Positions 24,619-32,617 of a stretch of 38,391 nt of DNA are shown here, in pieces. Made by a program: the position numbers and the translations under genes. The DNA comes from a virus (taxonomy: Duplodnaviria; Caudoviricetes), in the IMG/VR virus record IMGVR_UViG_3300046787_000259, positions 1 through 38,391 of that record; one strand, written 5' to 3'. How positions within the stretch are numbered: the first letter of the stretch is position 1; each line of letters opens with the position of its first letter. The notes beneath the pieces were generated by a model. The model was given only the letters and a program-made list of their open reading frames with translations, was not told the origin of the DNA and made no database searches.

Positions 24619-26456
24619 TAGAGTTCCTTTCTGCTCTCAACGAGCATCTTCATGAGCTGAGTCTTATCCTTGACCACTTGCTCAAAGTTGTGTGCTTTAG
24701 CATCTAGAGCTTCAATTACTCGCTCTTCGATAGATCCCGTAGTCACGTAGTCGGTGATGAGAATTGAATCATGAATCTCAGAACCAATTCGGTGAACACG
24801 GTCCAGTGCCTGCTTGTAGTCAACAAGAGACCATGGTCTTTGAAGCATAACAAGTCGACGTGCAGTTGTCAAGGTGACACCAACGCCGCCAGCCTGGGCA
24901 GTGAAAAGAATCCACTTAGTGCGTCCAGCCTGGAAGTCGTCGATTGCCTGCTGGCGCTCTTCAGCGGACTGCGCACCAGTGATTAGCCCATGCGGAATCT
25001 TCTCCTTGAGCATGCGTGCACTCAGTAGTTCGATTAGCTGACGAGACACGGCGCAGACTGCGACAGAATCTTCCCCAAAGTCGCCGTTCTCAATGTCATC
25101 CATAAGAGCATCAACTTTACAAGAAGGGTCTGACAAAAGCATCTTCTCGCCCGTTTCAGTGACTTCTATGACGCCGTACGCACTTGCAAACTGGTTTAGG
25201 CGCATCGCTTGAGTCAGGGGGTTAGGAGCCACTACAACTCCACCATCTAAAGTTCCAGCATCAATATTGATATCTGCAAGCAAATCTTCGGGGGTCGAGT
25301 CCAGAACCGACATCATGTGGTCGAGCATCTGCTTGTAGGCCTTAGCCTGTTTTGCACCCATCTCGACATCACGACGGTCATTAATAACTTCTGGCAACCA
25401 AGGAAGCACACGCGACTTGAGCATGCGACGCATTCTTGGATTAATCCCAGCGAAGAACTCCGACTCCATAGCTGGCTTGAGGCCTAGAATCATGAGCCCG
25501 CCAAACGCATTCATCATGGTGTTTACATAGCGATCCAACCACTTGGTCTTGCTTGGCCACTCTTTGGCATCTAGCCAGTGAAGAATTGGCCATAGGTCAA
25601 CCACAGTGTTTGCGATAGGAGTACCAGTCAGCGCGAATCTAATGTCTGCATCACCAGACGCGGCCCAGAAGGCGCGAGTCTGCTTAGACTTTGGATCTTT
25701 TGAGCGGTGAATCTCATCGGCGACTACTGATTTAAAGTTGATGAAGTTTAGATCACGCTGATGTACTTCACAGCGGGAAGCGCTGATCTTACTGTCGTGA
25801 CCACCGCACTCCGTACATCTAGCTAAGGCAATACTTCCGTAGGATAGAAGACGTGAGTGACTGCGCAGAGACTCCCAATTGACGACATACACCTGAGCCT
25901 CATGCTCGAATGCTTTGCGACGCTGGGTTGCTGAGCCCTTAACTACCTGAACATCAATGCCTGGCCACCATCGATCAAACTCGCGTTCCCAGTTAGTCTT
26001 CAAAGTGTTGGGGCATACGATCATTGCAGGAAAAACCTGCTCCCCTGAGTCATGTAGTCGCTTTAGGGCACGAATAGCCTGGGCAGTCTTGCCGAGCCCT
26101 GGCTCATCGGCTAGAAGAGCTCTGCGAGCCTTAGAGAGGAACTCTACACCAGCACGCTGATGAGGAAACAGGTCCTCATCTCCCTCTTCCATCATTTCGA
26201 TTTCGCGCAAGAAATTGCTTGGGTCAATACGATTGATCTTCTCGTCCGTGGCCCACTTAGCTAAGTTTGGTCCAATTTCCAACTGATCGCCAAAAGTCGA
26301 ACGGAGGGACAGACATCCAGTCCAAGAAACAGGGATACGCCAAACGTTGCGGTCTGAGTCCCATTTCGCCCCTGGTAGCGAGCGGCAGACTTCTTTTAGA
26401 CGCCACTCAGCGTTGACAATGATGTGCTCACCGTCTAGTTCTACAAAAACACCCAA
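24618..26456 (-). CDS. SNF2-family (SF2) DNA helicase
   Basis: LADEPGLGKT, DEIH, LTGTP, GGVGVTLT, QALDRVHRIG. TTG start with a GGAGA RBS. Confidence 0.93.
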   Translation of the reverse strand: MGVFVELDGEHIIVNAEWRLKEVCRSLPGAKWDSDRNVWRIPVSWTGCLSLRSTFGDQLEIGPNLAKWATDEKINRIDPSNFLREIEMMEEGDEDLFPHQRAGVEFLSKARRALLADEPGLGKTAQAIRALKRLHDSGEQVFPAMIVCPNTLKTNWEREFDRWWPGIDVQVVKGSATQRRKAFEHEAQVYVVNWESLRSHSRLLSYGSIALARCTECGGHDSKISASRCEVHQRDLNFINFKSVVADEIHRSKDPKSKQTRAFWAASGDADIRFALTGTPIANTVVDLWPILHWLDAKEWPSKTKWLDRYVNTMMNAFGGLMILGLKPAMESEFFAGINPRMRRMLKSRVLPWLPEVINDRRDVEMGAKQAKAYKQMLDHMMSVLDSTPEDLLADINIDAGTLDGGVVVAPNPLTQAMRLNQFASAYGVIEVTETGEKMLLSDPSCKVDALMDDIENGDFGEDSVAVCAVSRQLIELLSARMLKEKIPHGLITGAQSAEERQQAIDDFQAGRTKWILFTAQAGGVGVTLTTARRLVMLQRPWSLVDYKQALDRVHRIGSEIHDSILITDYVTTGSIEERVIEALDAKAHNFEQVVKDKTQLMKMLVESRKEL

Positions 26457-26484
26457 TTAGGGTCTCCAATCTGTTACTACAATT

Positions 26485-26513
26485 ATATTATCAGAAAAAA
26501 ATCGTGTGTGCAA
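26485..26513 (-). promoter_or_regulatory. SigA-like promoter for the helicase/recombination operon (TTGCAC-17-TAATAT, extended -10 TG)
   Basis: Minus-strand -35 at 26513-26508, 17-bp spacer, and TGn-TAATAT at 26493-26485, in an AT-rich intergenic gap. Confidence 0.7.
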
Positions 26514-26540
26514 GCTTTTTTTGATAATAACTTAAAAAAT

Positions 26541-27008
26541 TTATTTATCTAGCAATCTTACTGGCTTCCAGCCTTTAGATACAAGTCTAAGTAGGGCGTG
26601 TCGAATTGCATCTAGCGCGTGCCCCGCACCACCACGGTGCCAGTAGCCCAGTTTTTTCAATGCCACGTTGGTAAACATTGACATAGCATTTGCAGGAGCC
26701 TGGAAATAGATGTCGTCCATCTTGCGACCATTATCTAATAGGCACTGCTTCACAATGCCAATTACCTCTAGAGAGTACGGTGCCTGAGAATTACGTACTG
26801 TCTGCGCATTAATAACAAATCTCTCGCAGACAATGTCCAAGTGGTAATGAATAACAGGGTTCCATAGGACCTCGCGTACGGCCTCAGCGACCTCCCACTG
26901 CTCTAGCTCTCTAGACCACTCCATAACAGGCTCAGCACCTGGCTCACGGCTGAATAGGGCCATCCCCGTGGCTTTCCCTGGGTCAATAGCTAATACATAT
27001 TCGGTCAT
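26541..27008 (-). CDS. RuvC-like Holliday junction resolvase
   Basis: VLAIDPGKATG, IVCERF and HALDAIRH acidic catalytic pattern of the RNase H fold. Confidence 0.8.
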   Translation of the reverse strand: MTEYVLAIDPGKATGMALFSREPGAEPVMEWSRELEQWEVAEAVREVLWNPVIHYHLDIVCERFVINAQTVRNSQAPYSLEVIGIVKQCLLDNGRKMDDIYFQAPANAMSMFTNVALKKLGYWHRGGAGHALDAIRHALLRLVSKGWKPVRLLDK

Positions 27009-28825
27009 TAGTACTTCTCTCCCCAGTTTTCTAGTGGACCATCAGCATCAGCTGTAAGTGGCACTGCCCAGCCGTCGGTAGTCGTCATACATTTACGTAC
27101 AAGTTCCTTGATTTCCTCCGCATCCTTACGAGGAGCATTGAGAACAATCTCATCGTGAACGGGGACAATAAGTAGGTCCGTCAGGTCAGCCTGGTCTAGT
27201 TTGACTAGGTTTGACTTAAATACCTCTGCAGCACCACCCTGAATTAGATAGTTCACCAGAGTATAGACACGGTCTTCATCGCAAGGAATTCGACGCCCAG
27301 TCCAAGTGTTGACAAAGCCCTGCCCCTCAGTCTCAAGGCGTTCGGTTCCACGCTTTTCAACTGCCTTCTGAAATAGTTGCATTCCAGGGTAGCGTTCATC
27401 GAATGCATTAGAAACAGCACGCATCTGGTCCTCTGGGACCCCTGCGGTCAGCGCCTGCTTAGATACACCAGCGCCATACAGACGCCCATAAACTACACCT
27501 TTGATCAGGCCACGGCGTTTGTCTGATTTAACCATAGATGGATCGTTATATACCTCGCGGCCAATCTCGGTGAACGGGTCAGAGCCAGTTGCATCGGCAC
27601 GAAGGAATAGCTGAATAAGGTTCGGATCCTGAGACAGAGACGCAAACATACGGAACTCAACCTGGTCAAGGTCTGAGGTGATAATTACGTGGTCATCATC
27701 CTTTGGGAGGAACGCACGACGAACAGTGTCATCCCCCTTTGGAAGAGTTTGTAGTGCAGGATTCTGAATAGACATACGTCCAGTGCGGGCACCCATGGTG
27801 TTAATCGAGGGATGGACTAGTCCATTTGTGTTGTCATTTAAGAAGTTTAAGAAGTATGTGTTTGCAACCTTAAGTGCCTGACGGTACTTCAAGGTAGTGT
27901 CTGCAAGTTGCTTCACTTCAGGAGTCCCATCGATAGTGAGCTTTTTCAACTGGTCCTTAGAAGCAGACTTCTGCCCCGAAGGAGTCAAGTCAGTGATCTC
28001 AGCTCCCAGGCTCTCGAATGTCCTCACCAACTGAGGGTTACTTCCGATGCCTAGATCATAGTTCTGCTTAGCCCAAGTGGATACCTGCTCGGTGTAGGAG
28101 ATTAGCTCGTCGTACTTTTTCTTAGAATATTCGAGATCTACTCGCGCACCATTCAGTTCCATTTTCGTTGTGATGCGACGAGTATTCATCTCTAGTTCGT
28201 ATGCCATGCTATAAGGCTTTCCAGGGGCAGTCAGGTCCCAGAATTTCTCAAATAGCTTCATAGTCAATACCGTGTCAAGTGCACCGTAAGACCAGTATGG
28301 TTCGTAGTTGATAGGTACAGTTCCCCATGTCCAACCGTTGTCAGTAAGCCCGTGGTCCAAGATACTCTGAAGTGCTGCTGCACGAGGGTCTACGTGGACA
28401 CGTGTTAGCTCTTTTAGGGCAGCACTCTCTAGTGGATTAATAATTTTAGACATGATCATAGTGTCATGCGCTCGGTGCCAAGGAAGTTCCCAGTCGGACT
28501 GCACATCAAACCAGCGAGCTTCGAAGGCAATGTTGTGGCAAACAATAGGTCCGTCGAAACGATCCATAGCGTTATAGAAAACGCCCTTCCAGTCTCCCCA
28601 TGGGATAGACCACCCAGTCTGTCCGTCACCAACCTGAACCAGCCTCAGACGTCCGTGCCAGGGGGAGAAAGCATCTTTCTTTGGATTCCCTGGAAGTTCT
28701 CCAGTCTCGGTGTCAATAGCAATCGCATTCATTGGACGCCGCTCACTTAGCCAGGTCATGAATGCCTGAGCCTTGTCTACGGTGTCTACGAGGTGGAGAT
28801 TGACTCCCTCTAGAGCTGATGTCAT
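27008..28825 (-). CDS. polA: DNA polymerase I (family A) with 3'-5' exonuclease and no 5'-3' exonuclease
   Basis: Exo motifs DTET, HNIAFE and YGALD. TGRMS..NP.LQ. Motif A DLDQVEFR, motif B K...YG..YG, motif C VHDE. Confidence 0.95.
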   Translation of the reverse strand: MTSALEGVNLHLVDTVDKAQAFMTWLSERRPMNAIAIDTETGELPGNPKKDAFSPWHGRLRLVQVGDGQTGWSIPWGDWKGVFYNAMDRFDGPIVCHNIAFEARWFDVQSDWELPWHRAHDTMIMSKIINPLESAALKELTRVHVDPRAAALQSILDHGLTDNGWTWGTVPINYEPYWSYGALDTVLTMKLFEKFWDLTAPGKPYSMAYELEMNTRRITTKMELNGARVDLEYSKKKYDELISYTEQVSTWAKQNYDLGIGSNPQLVRTFESLGAEITDLTPSGQKSASKDQLKKLTIDGTPEVKQLADTTLKYRQALKVANTYFLNFLNDNTNGLVHPSINTMGARTGRMSIQNPALQTLPKGDDTVRRAFLPKDDDHVIITSDLDQVEFRMFASLSQDPNLIQLFLRADATGSDPFTEIGREVYNDPSMVKSDKRRGLIKGVVYGRLYGAGVSKQALTAGVPEDQMRAVSNAFDERYPGMQLFQKAVEKRGTERLETEGQGFVNTWTGRRIPCDEDRVYTLVNYLIQGGAAEVFKSNLVKLDQADLTDLLIVPVHDEIVLNAPRKDAEEIKELVRKCMTTTDGWAVPLTADADGPLENWGEKY

Positions 28826-28858
28826 TAAATGTCTTTTCTATTGAGGCTATAAAACTAT

Positions 28859-29320
28859 TTAAGTAGCATACACACTTTTTATCTTAGAATCAACTTTAGC
28901 TGCATCTTTCAACAACCGCTGGGCTACTCCCGTCAGATAGTAGACCCCATGAGCATCATCATACTTGTATAGAGCATCGACCACGTCCGATGGATTCTCC
29001 GTAATCTGCGCCCAGTGTCGGTATTTCTCTGGAAATATCAGCGCCAAACTAGTATCTGGGTTACACTCTTCGCATTGAACAGCTGCATCCTGAAGATCGC
29101 TTTGAGGCGCTTCAGTGAGCTTATACCTAGTAACTAGAGGGCAAGCAGCGCCATGATATATTAGGGAAACACCAGTGCGAGAGAGAATATAAGACCCACT
29201 CTCCGTGCGATAGAGTTCAAACTCAATCCAGCGATAGGCACCACTACGCTCCGATGTTGACGTTGCCAATAGGGTCCCATTGAATTGTAAGGTCCTCTCC
29301 CCGTCCTTAACTGAGAACAT
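28859..29320 (-). CDS. Hypothetical protein (153 aa), possible metal-binding H/C...CxxC
   Basis: The ATG at 29320, 1 nt after the upstream stop, is preferred over 29371. Sequence includes LQFNGTLLA...RWIEFELYRT..GSY and CEECNP. Confidence 0.75.
   Translation of the reverse strand: MFSVKDGERTLQFNGTLLATSTSERSGAYRWIEFELYRTESGSYILSRTGVSLIYHGAACPLVTRYKLTEAPQSDLQDAAVQCEECNPDTSLALIFPEKYRHWAQITENPSDVVDALYKYDDAHGVYYLTGVAQRLLKDAAKVDSKIKSVYAT
28865..28893 (-). promoter_or_regulatory. SigA-like promoter for polA embedded in the upstream gene's 3' end (TTGATT-17-TATGCT)
   Basis: The minus strand reads TTGATT ctaagataaaaagtgtg TATGCT. It shares GTGTATGCT with the primase promoter. Confidence 0.6.
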
Positions 29321-29321
29321 A

Positions 29322-29642
29322 CTATATTTGACCTTCTTCAGCCTGCGTGATAGGTGCATCAGGCAGTACATCTGCTAAATATGTCAGAGCTCTGATACTT
29401 TTCTTCAAGATCATTGCAGTTTCTGCGGTCATGTGGGGCTCATCAGGTATAGTGGTAGCTAACTCAGTGACAAATCCTTTGATTTCTAAGATCAGGGGGG
29501 ACATAAGCCACTCTGGAACCTCGGTATCTATAGCTAGTGTTTTAGAGTATACCTCTGATTCATCTCTAACTACTTTATATACTGCGGGGTGTAGAGCATA
29601 TGATTCGTCAGCTTGTATTTCATAGACAGTTGTTATAGCCAT
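29322..29642 (-). CDS. Hypothetical protein (106 aa) following the tail fibre
   Basis: Start coupled to the stop of the tail-fibre gene at 29642. Confidence 0.65.
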   Translation of the reverse strand: MAITTVYEIQADESYALHPAVYKVVRDESEVYSKTLAIDTEVPEWLMSPLILEIKGFVTELATTIPDEPHMTAETAMILKKSIRALTYLADVLPDAPITQAEEGQI

Positions 29643-32617
29643 TACTTAGTTCCATTCTCTAATTCATCTACCTTAGCCTTGAGCTCTTTAATAGAGTTGA
29701 TCAAGATGGGTATTAGTCGCATATATTCCATACCTAGTAGCGGTTCGGTCTCTCCTTCTGGCAGATGCGCCTTCCCCCAGTCGGACTCATCTATAGGTAC
29801 AATGCTCTCTACAGCAGGGGAGTTGTACTCTTCTAGAAGTGCCCGAACCTGCTGAGCCAGCAGTCCATACTCTGTGACATCTGGCGTGTATTTAAACTGA
29901 TACTGCTTAGGTTGTAGTTTTGAGACAAACTCCAACCCGAGAGGAAGATCTACTATGTTTTGCTTAATTCTTTCATCAGAGCTTATGGGGGTTAGTAGTC
30001 CGTTTGCTGCCACGTATATAGCTTTATTGGTGGATGATGTGTGATTTAATCGATGAGCAAAGGTTAGTCCAGCTGCAGTAGAATATCCAATTCCGTAATC
30101 AGTGCCTCCCCAGTCTAGAATATCTAGTCTGTTTGCATCAATCACCACTCTCGCCGAACTTCTAGTGGCTGCTGCATATAAGTGCACGGCTACGTTGTTG
30201 CCTATTAGAGCGGCGTGATTTGGGTATAGAGAGAGTCTCTCTGTAGCATTATTATCTACAGTAAGACCGTAGCCAGATGCACCAGGGTAAATAGTTCCGA
30301 TCTCTGTGGCTCCATAGAAAAATCTGAGCGAGTCCGTGCTAGCATCCATCTGAACCCTAGTACCGCTAGCAGCTGTCCTAATAGTACGACCAGTTAGTGT
30401 ACCAGCGGATATCTGAGTAGCAGAAATTGCTCCAGCATACACATACGATGCTGCAATTTGAACCGCAGTAATAGTGTCGGTTCTAATAGTGCCACCATTG
30501 ATTTCAGTAACACCGCCATAGAAAAATCTACTTTTTATTGCAGTAGTAGCATCTTGCCCCGCTATGGCTTTTTCTTCTGCAATTACAGCCTTATTGTAGG
30601 CACTAGTGGCACCAGAAGCTGCATTTGTAGCTTTAGTATCTACAGCGTCTAGGGATGCTTGGGTAGCATACCCGCCTATCTGAACTCCATTTGCAATATA
30701 GACATCACCGTTGTCGGCGCGTATTCTAAATGTTAAGTTTCCAGAAGTATTGTACCCATATAGACCGTTCGCATCCATCGTAACTCGCGCACCAGTTTGC
30801 GATATTTTACTACTGATGACGTCACCTTGAACGATTTTTGAGGTTATGACTCCAGCTACAATCCTATCAGCTTCAATAGTGTTAGCTTTGATCAGGTCTC
30901 CATGAATCTCGCTACCTTGAACCAACTTACCAGTTATAGTCATGCCAGTAATTTTGTCACCGACGACCATGGTACCTGGAGTTATATTTGCCGCAGCAAT
31001 GACACCAGCGATAGCGTTGGCGTCTACCAAAGACTCGGCCTTAGCAGTTGTTGCGGCAGAGAACGCTGAGGATTGTCCAGATGCATCCATGATCCTAGCT
31101 TTGAAGTAGTAGCTAGTTCCGTAAGTTATATTATCGGCAAATACTAGCTTGGCCCCCGATATAGCAGAGATTACTCCAATCAAGTTATCTGCTACGGGTG
31201 TAAAGGATGCACTAGTAATTGATGCATATACGTAGAGCATGGACACACCAGGTGGGTTCGGCTGAAGAACTCCGAAAGAGTTCTCGAACTTCCCGTTCCA
31301 GGTTAGGGTAATTGTTCCCATATAAGAAGTTGCACTGAGAGGAGTCGGTCGAACTCCAGTTAAAGTACTGACTGGCCCAGTTCTAGTTGTATGGGATCCA
31401 GTAAGTGCGGTAGAGTCCTGAAGTCCGCTGTCATAGGCAATAACTGCTATGTAGTATACGGTCGACTGCTCGAGTAGGTCTGATCCAGAGAACTTATAAG
31501 AGGTGTCGCCGCCTCGAATATCGGTCGATGTCCACGGATCTGAAGTGCTTTTACGCCACTTTAGTGTATACCCAACTAAATCATTTAAAGCCTTACCAGC
31601 TTTAGTTTTGTCAGGGGCAGTCCAGCTTACGGTAAACGTAGCTACTGGTAGAGAATCTTTCCCATAAAATTCTACGTTGTCATTGGCAAAAGTCAGCCCA
31701 GTAGGTGCCGCGGGTGGGTCACCATCTCGTACAGGGGTAGATACCTTGCTATAGTCCACCCATCGCATACCATCCCAGTAGTAGAGAATGTTATTTCCAG
31801 TATCTGCCCAGGTCGATCCTATGGCTAGATATTGCCTAGCCACGGGGAAAACATACATCGTTGTCTCTGGAGCAGTAGCAGCTATTGGGGTGTCAACGCC
31901 AGCATCTAGGATATAGGTGATACTAGAGCTAGTGACAGCAGTAACCTTTATTAGGCCATCTACACCATAAGCTCTAGAATCGGCAGCAAAGATATCTACA
32001 TATAAGATATCCCCCACTTCAAACTTATGGGTAGTTGCAAGAGCGAGGGTTACGGTAGACCCTGAAATCGCGTATGTAGAAATTGCAACTTTGGTTATAA
32101 GGGTCTTTTTAGAGACCCATGTTTTTGGCGCAACCGTATCTGGTTTGAAGGTGTACGTATTAGATATAGTGACTCCAGTACGCTGCCCCGATGTAGGACT
32201 CTGAGCATATGACGGTCTATCAGTCCATGGAGCCTTATCAGTGGATAAGACCTTAAATGACTTACCGTCCACATCGATAGCCTGAGTGGATGTCCCGTGG
32301 ATACCGTGAATCTCTAAGATTCCATCTTTAGACACTCCTAGAGTAGATTCTAAGAAGATCTCTACTCTATCCTCAGTTAGTTTGGAGTTGGGTATACCTT
32401 TCGGGTATACATAAGCACTTTCAATCTTTATAAATCTTGCTGGAGCATCTGGACCAACGTATGCTGCTGGTGGAGTCTCTGCCGCGCCTGCATCTACAGC
32501 AGCAGACACCTGAGATTGTGTGAGCAGGCTAATCGGGCGTAGTTCTACGGCCTTCATTCTGTCGTCTAGGCGACTCATAAGAGTCGTTAGTTTTCTGCGA
32601 CGTCTTCTAATTCCCAT
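29642..32617 (-). CDS. Minor tail / central fibre protein with FN3-like domains and a C-terminal peptidase S74 intramolecular chaperone
   Basis: FN3-like PPAAPTGL...VSWTAP...Y.IAVIAYD, beta-helix-like I.A..I.AG.I repeats, SSDERIKQNI...YGLLAQQV...Y..LIPILINSIKEL. The start is probably the ATG at 32617 (MGIRRRRR). Confidence 0.87.
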   Translation of the reverse strand: MGIRRRRRKLTTLMSRLDDRMKAVELRPISLLTQSQVSAAVDAGAAETPPAAYVGPDAPARFIKIESAYVYPKGIPNSKLTEDRVEIFLESTLGVSKDGILEIHGIHGTSTQAIDVDGKSFKVLSTDKAPWTDRPSYAQSPTSGQRTGVTISNTYTFKPDTVAPKTWVSKKTLITKVAISTYAISGSTVTLALATTHKFEVGDILYVDIFAADSRAYGVDGLIKVTAVTSSSITYILDAGVDTPIAATAPETTMYVFPVARQYLAIGSTWADTGNNILYYWDGMRWVDYSKVSTPVRDGDPPAAPTGLTFANDNVEFYGKDSLPVATFTVSWTAPDKTKAGKALNDLVGYTLKWRKSTSDPWTSTDIRGGDTSYKFSGSDLLEQSTVYYIAVIAYDSGLQDSTALTGSHTTRTGPVSTLTGVRPTPLSATSYMGTITLTWNGKFENSFGVLQPNPPGVSMLYVYASITSASFTPVADNLIGVISAISGAKLVFADNITYGTSYYFKARIMDASGQSSAFSAATTAKAESLVDANAIAGVIAAANITPGTMVVGDKITGMTITGKLVQGSEIHGDLIKANTIEADRIVAGVITSKIVQGDVISSKISQTGARVTMDANGLYGYNTSGNLTFRIRADNGDVYIANGVQIGGYATQASLDAVDTKATNAASGATSAYNKAVIAEEKAIAGQDATTAIKSRFFYGGVTEINGGTIRTDTITAVQIAASYVYAGAISATQISAGTLTGRTIRTAASGTRVQMDASTDSLRFFYGATEIGTIYPGASGYGLTVDNNATERLSLYPNHAALIGNNVAVHLYAAATRSSARVVIDANRLDILDWGGTDYGIGYSTAAGLTFAHRLNHTSSTNKAIYVAANGLLTPISSDERIKQNIVDLPLGLEFVSKLQPKQYQFKYTPDVTEYGLLAQQVRALLEEYNSPAVESIVPIDESDWGKAHLPEGETEPLLGMEYMRLIPILINSIKELKAKVDELENGTK

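Noticed and set aside
11400-26540. tRNA or structured ncRNA in the intergenic gaps (11400-11623, 15131-15346, 26457-26540)
   Set aside because: No cloverleaf or T-loop signature was seen. The gaps are explained by promoters and a micro-ORF. A covariance-model search would be needed to exclude small RNAs.
11624-28825. Inteins or introns in the primase, helicase or polymerase
   Set aside because: The reading frames are uninterrupted, their sizes fit the domain content, and no intein splice-junction or homing-endonuclease motifs were seen.
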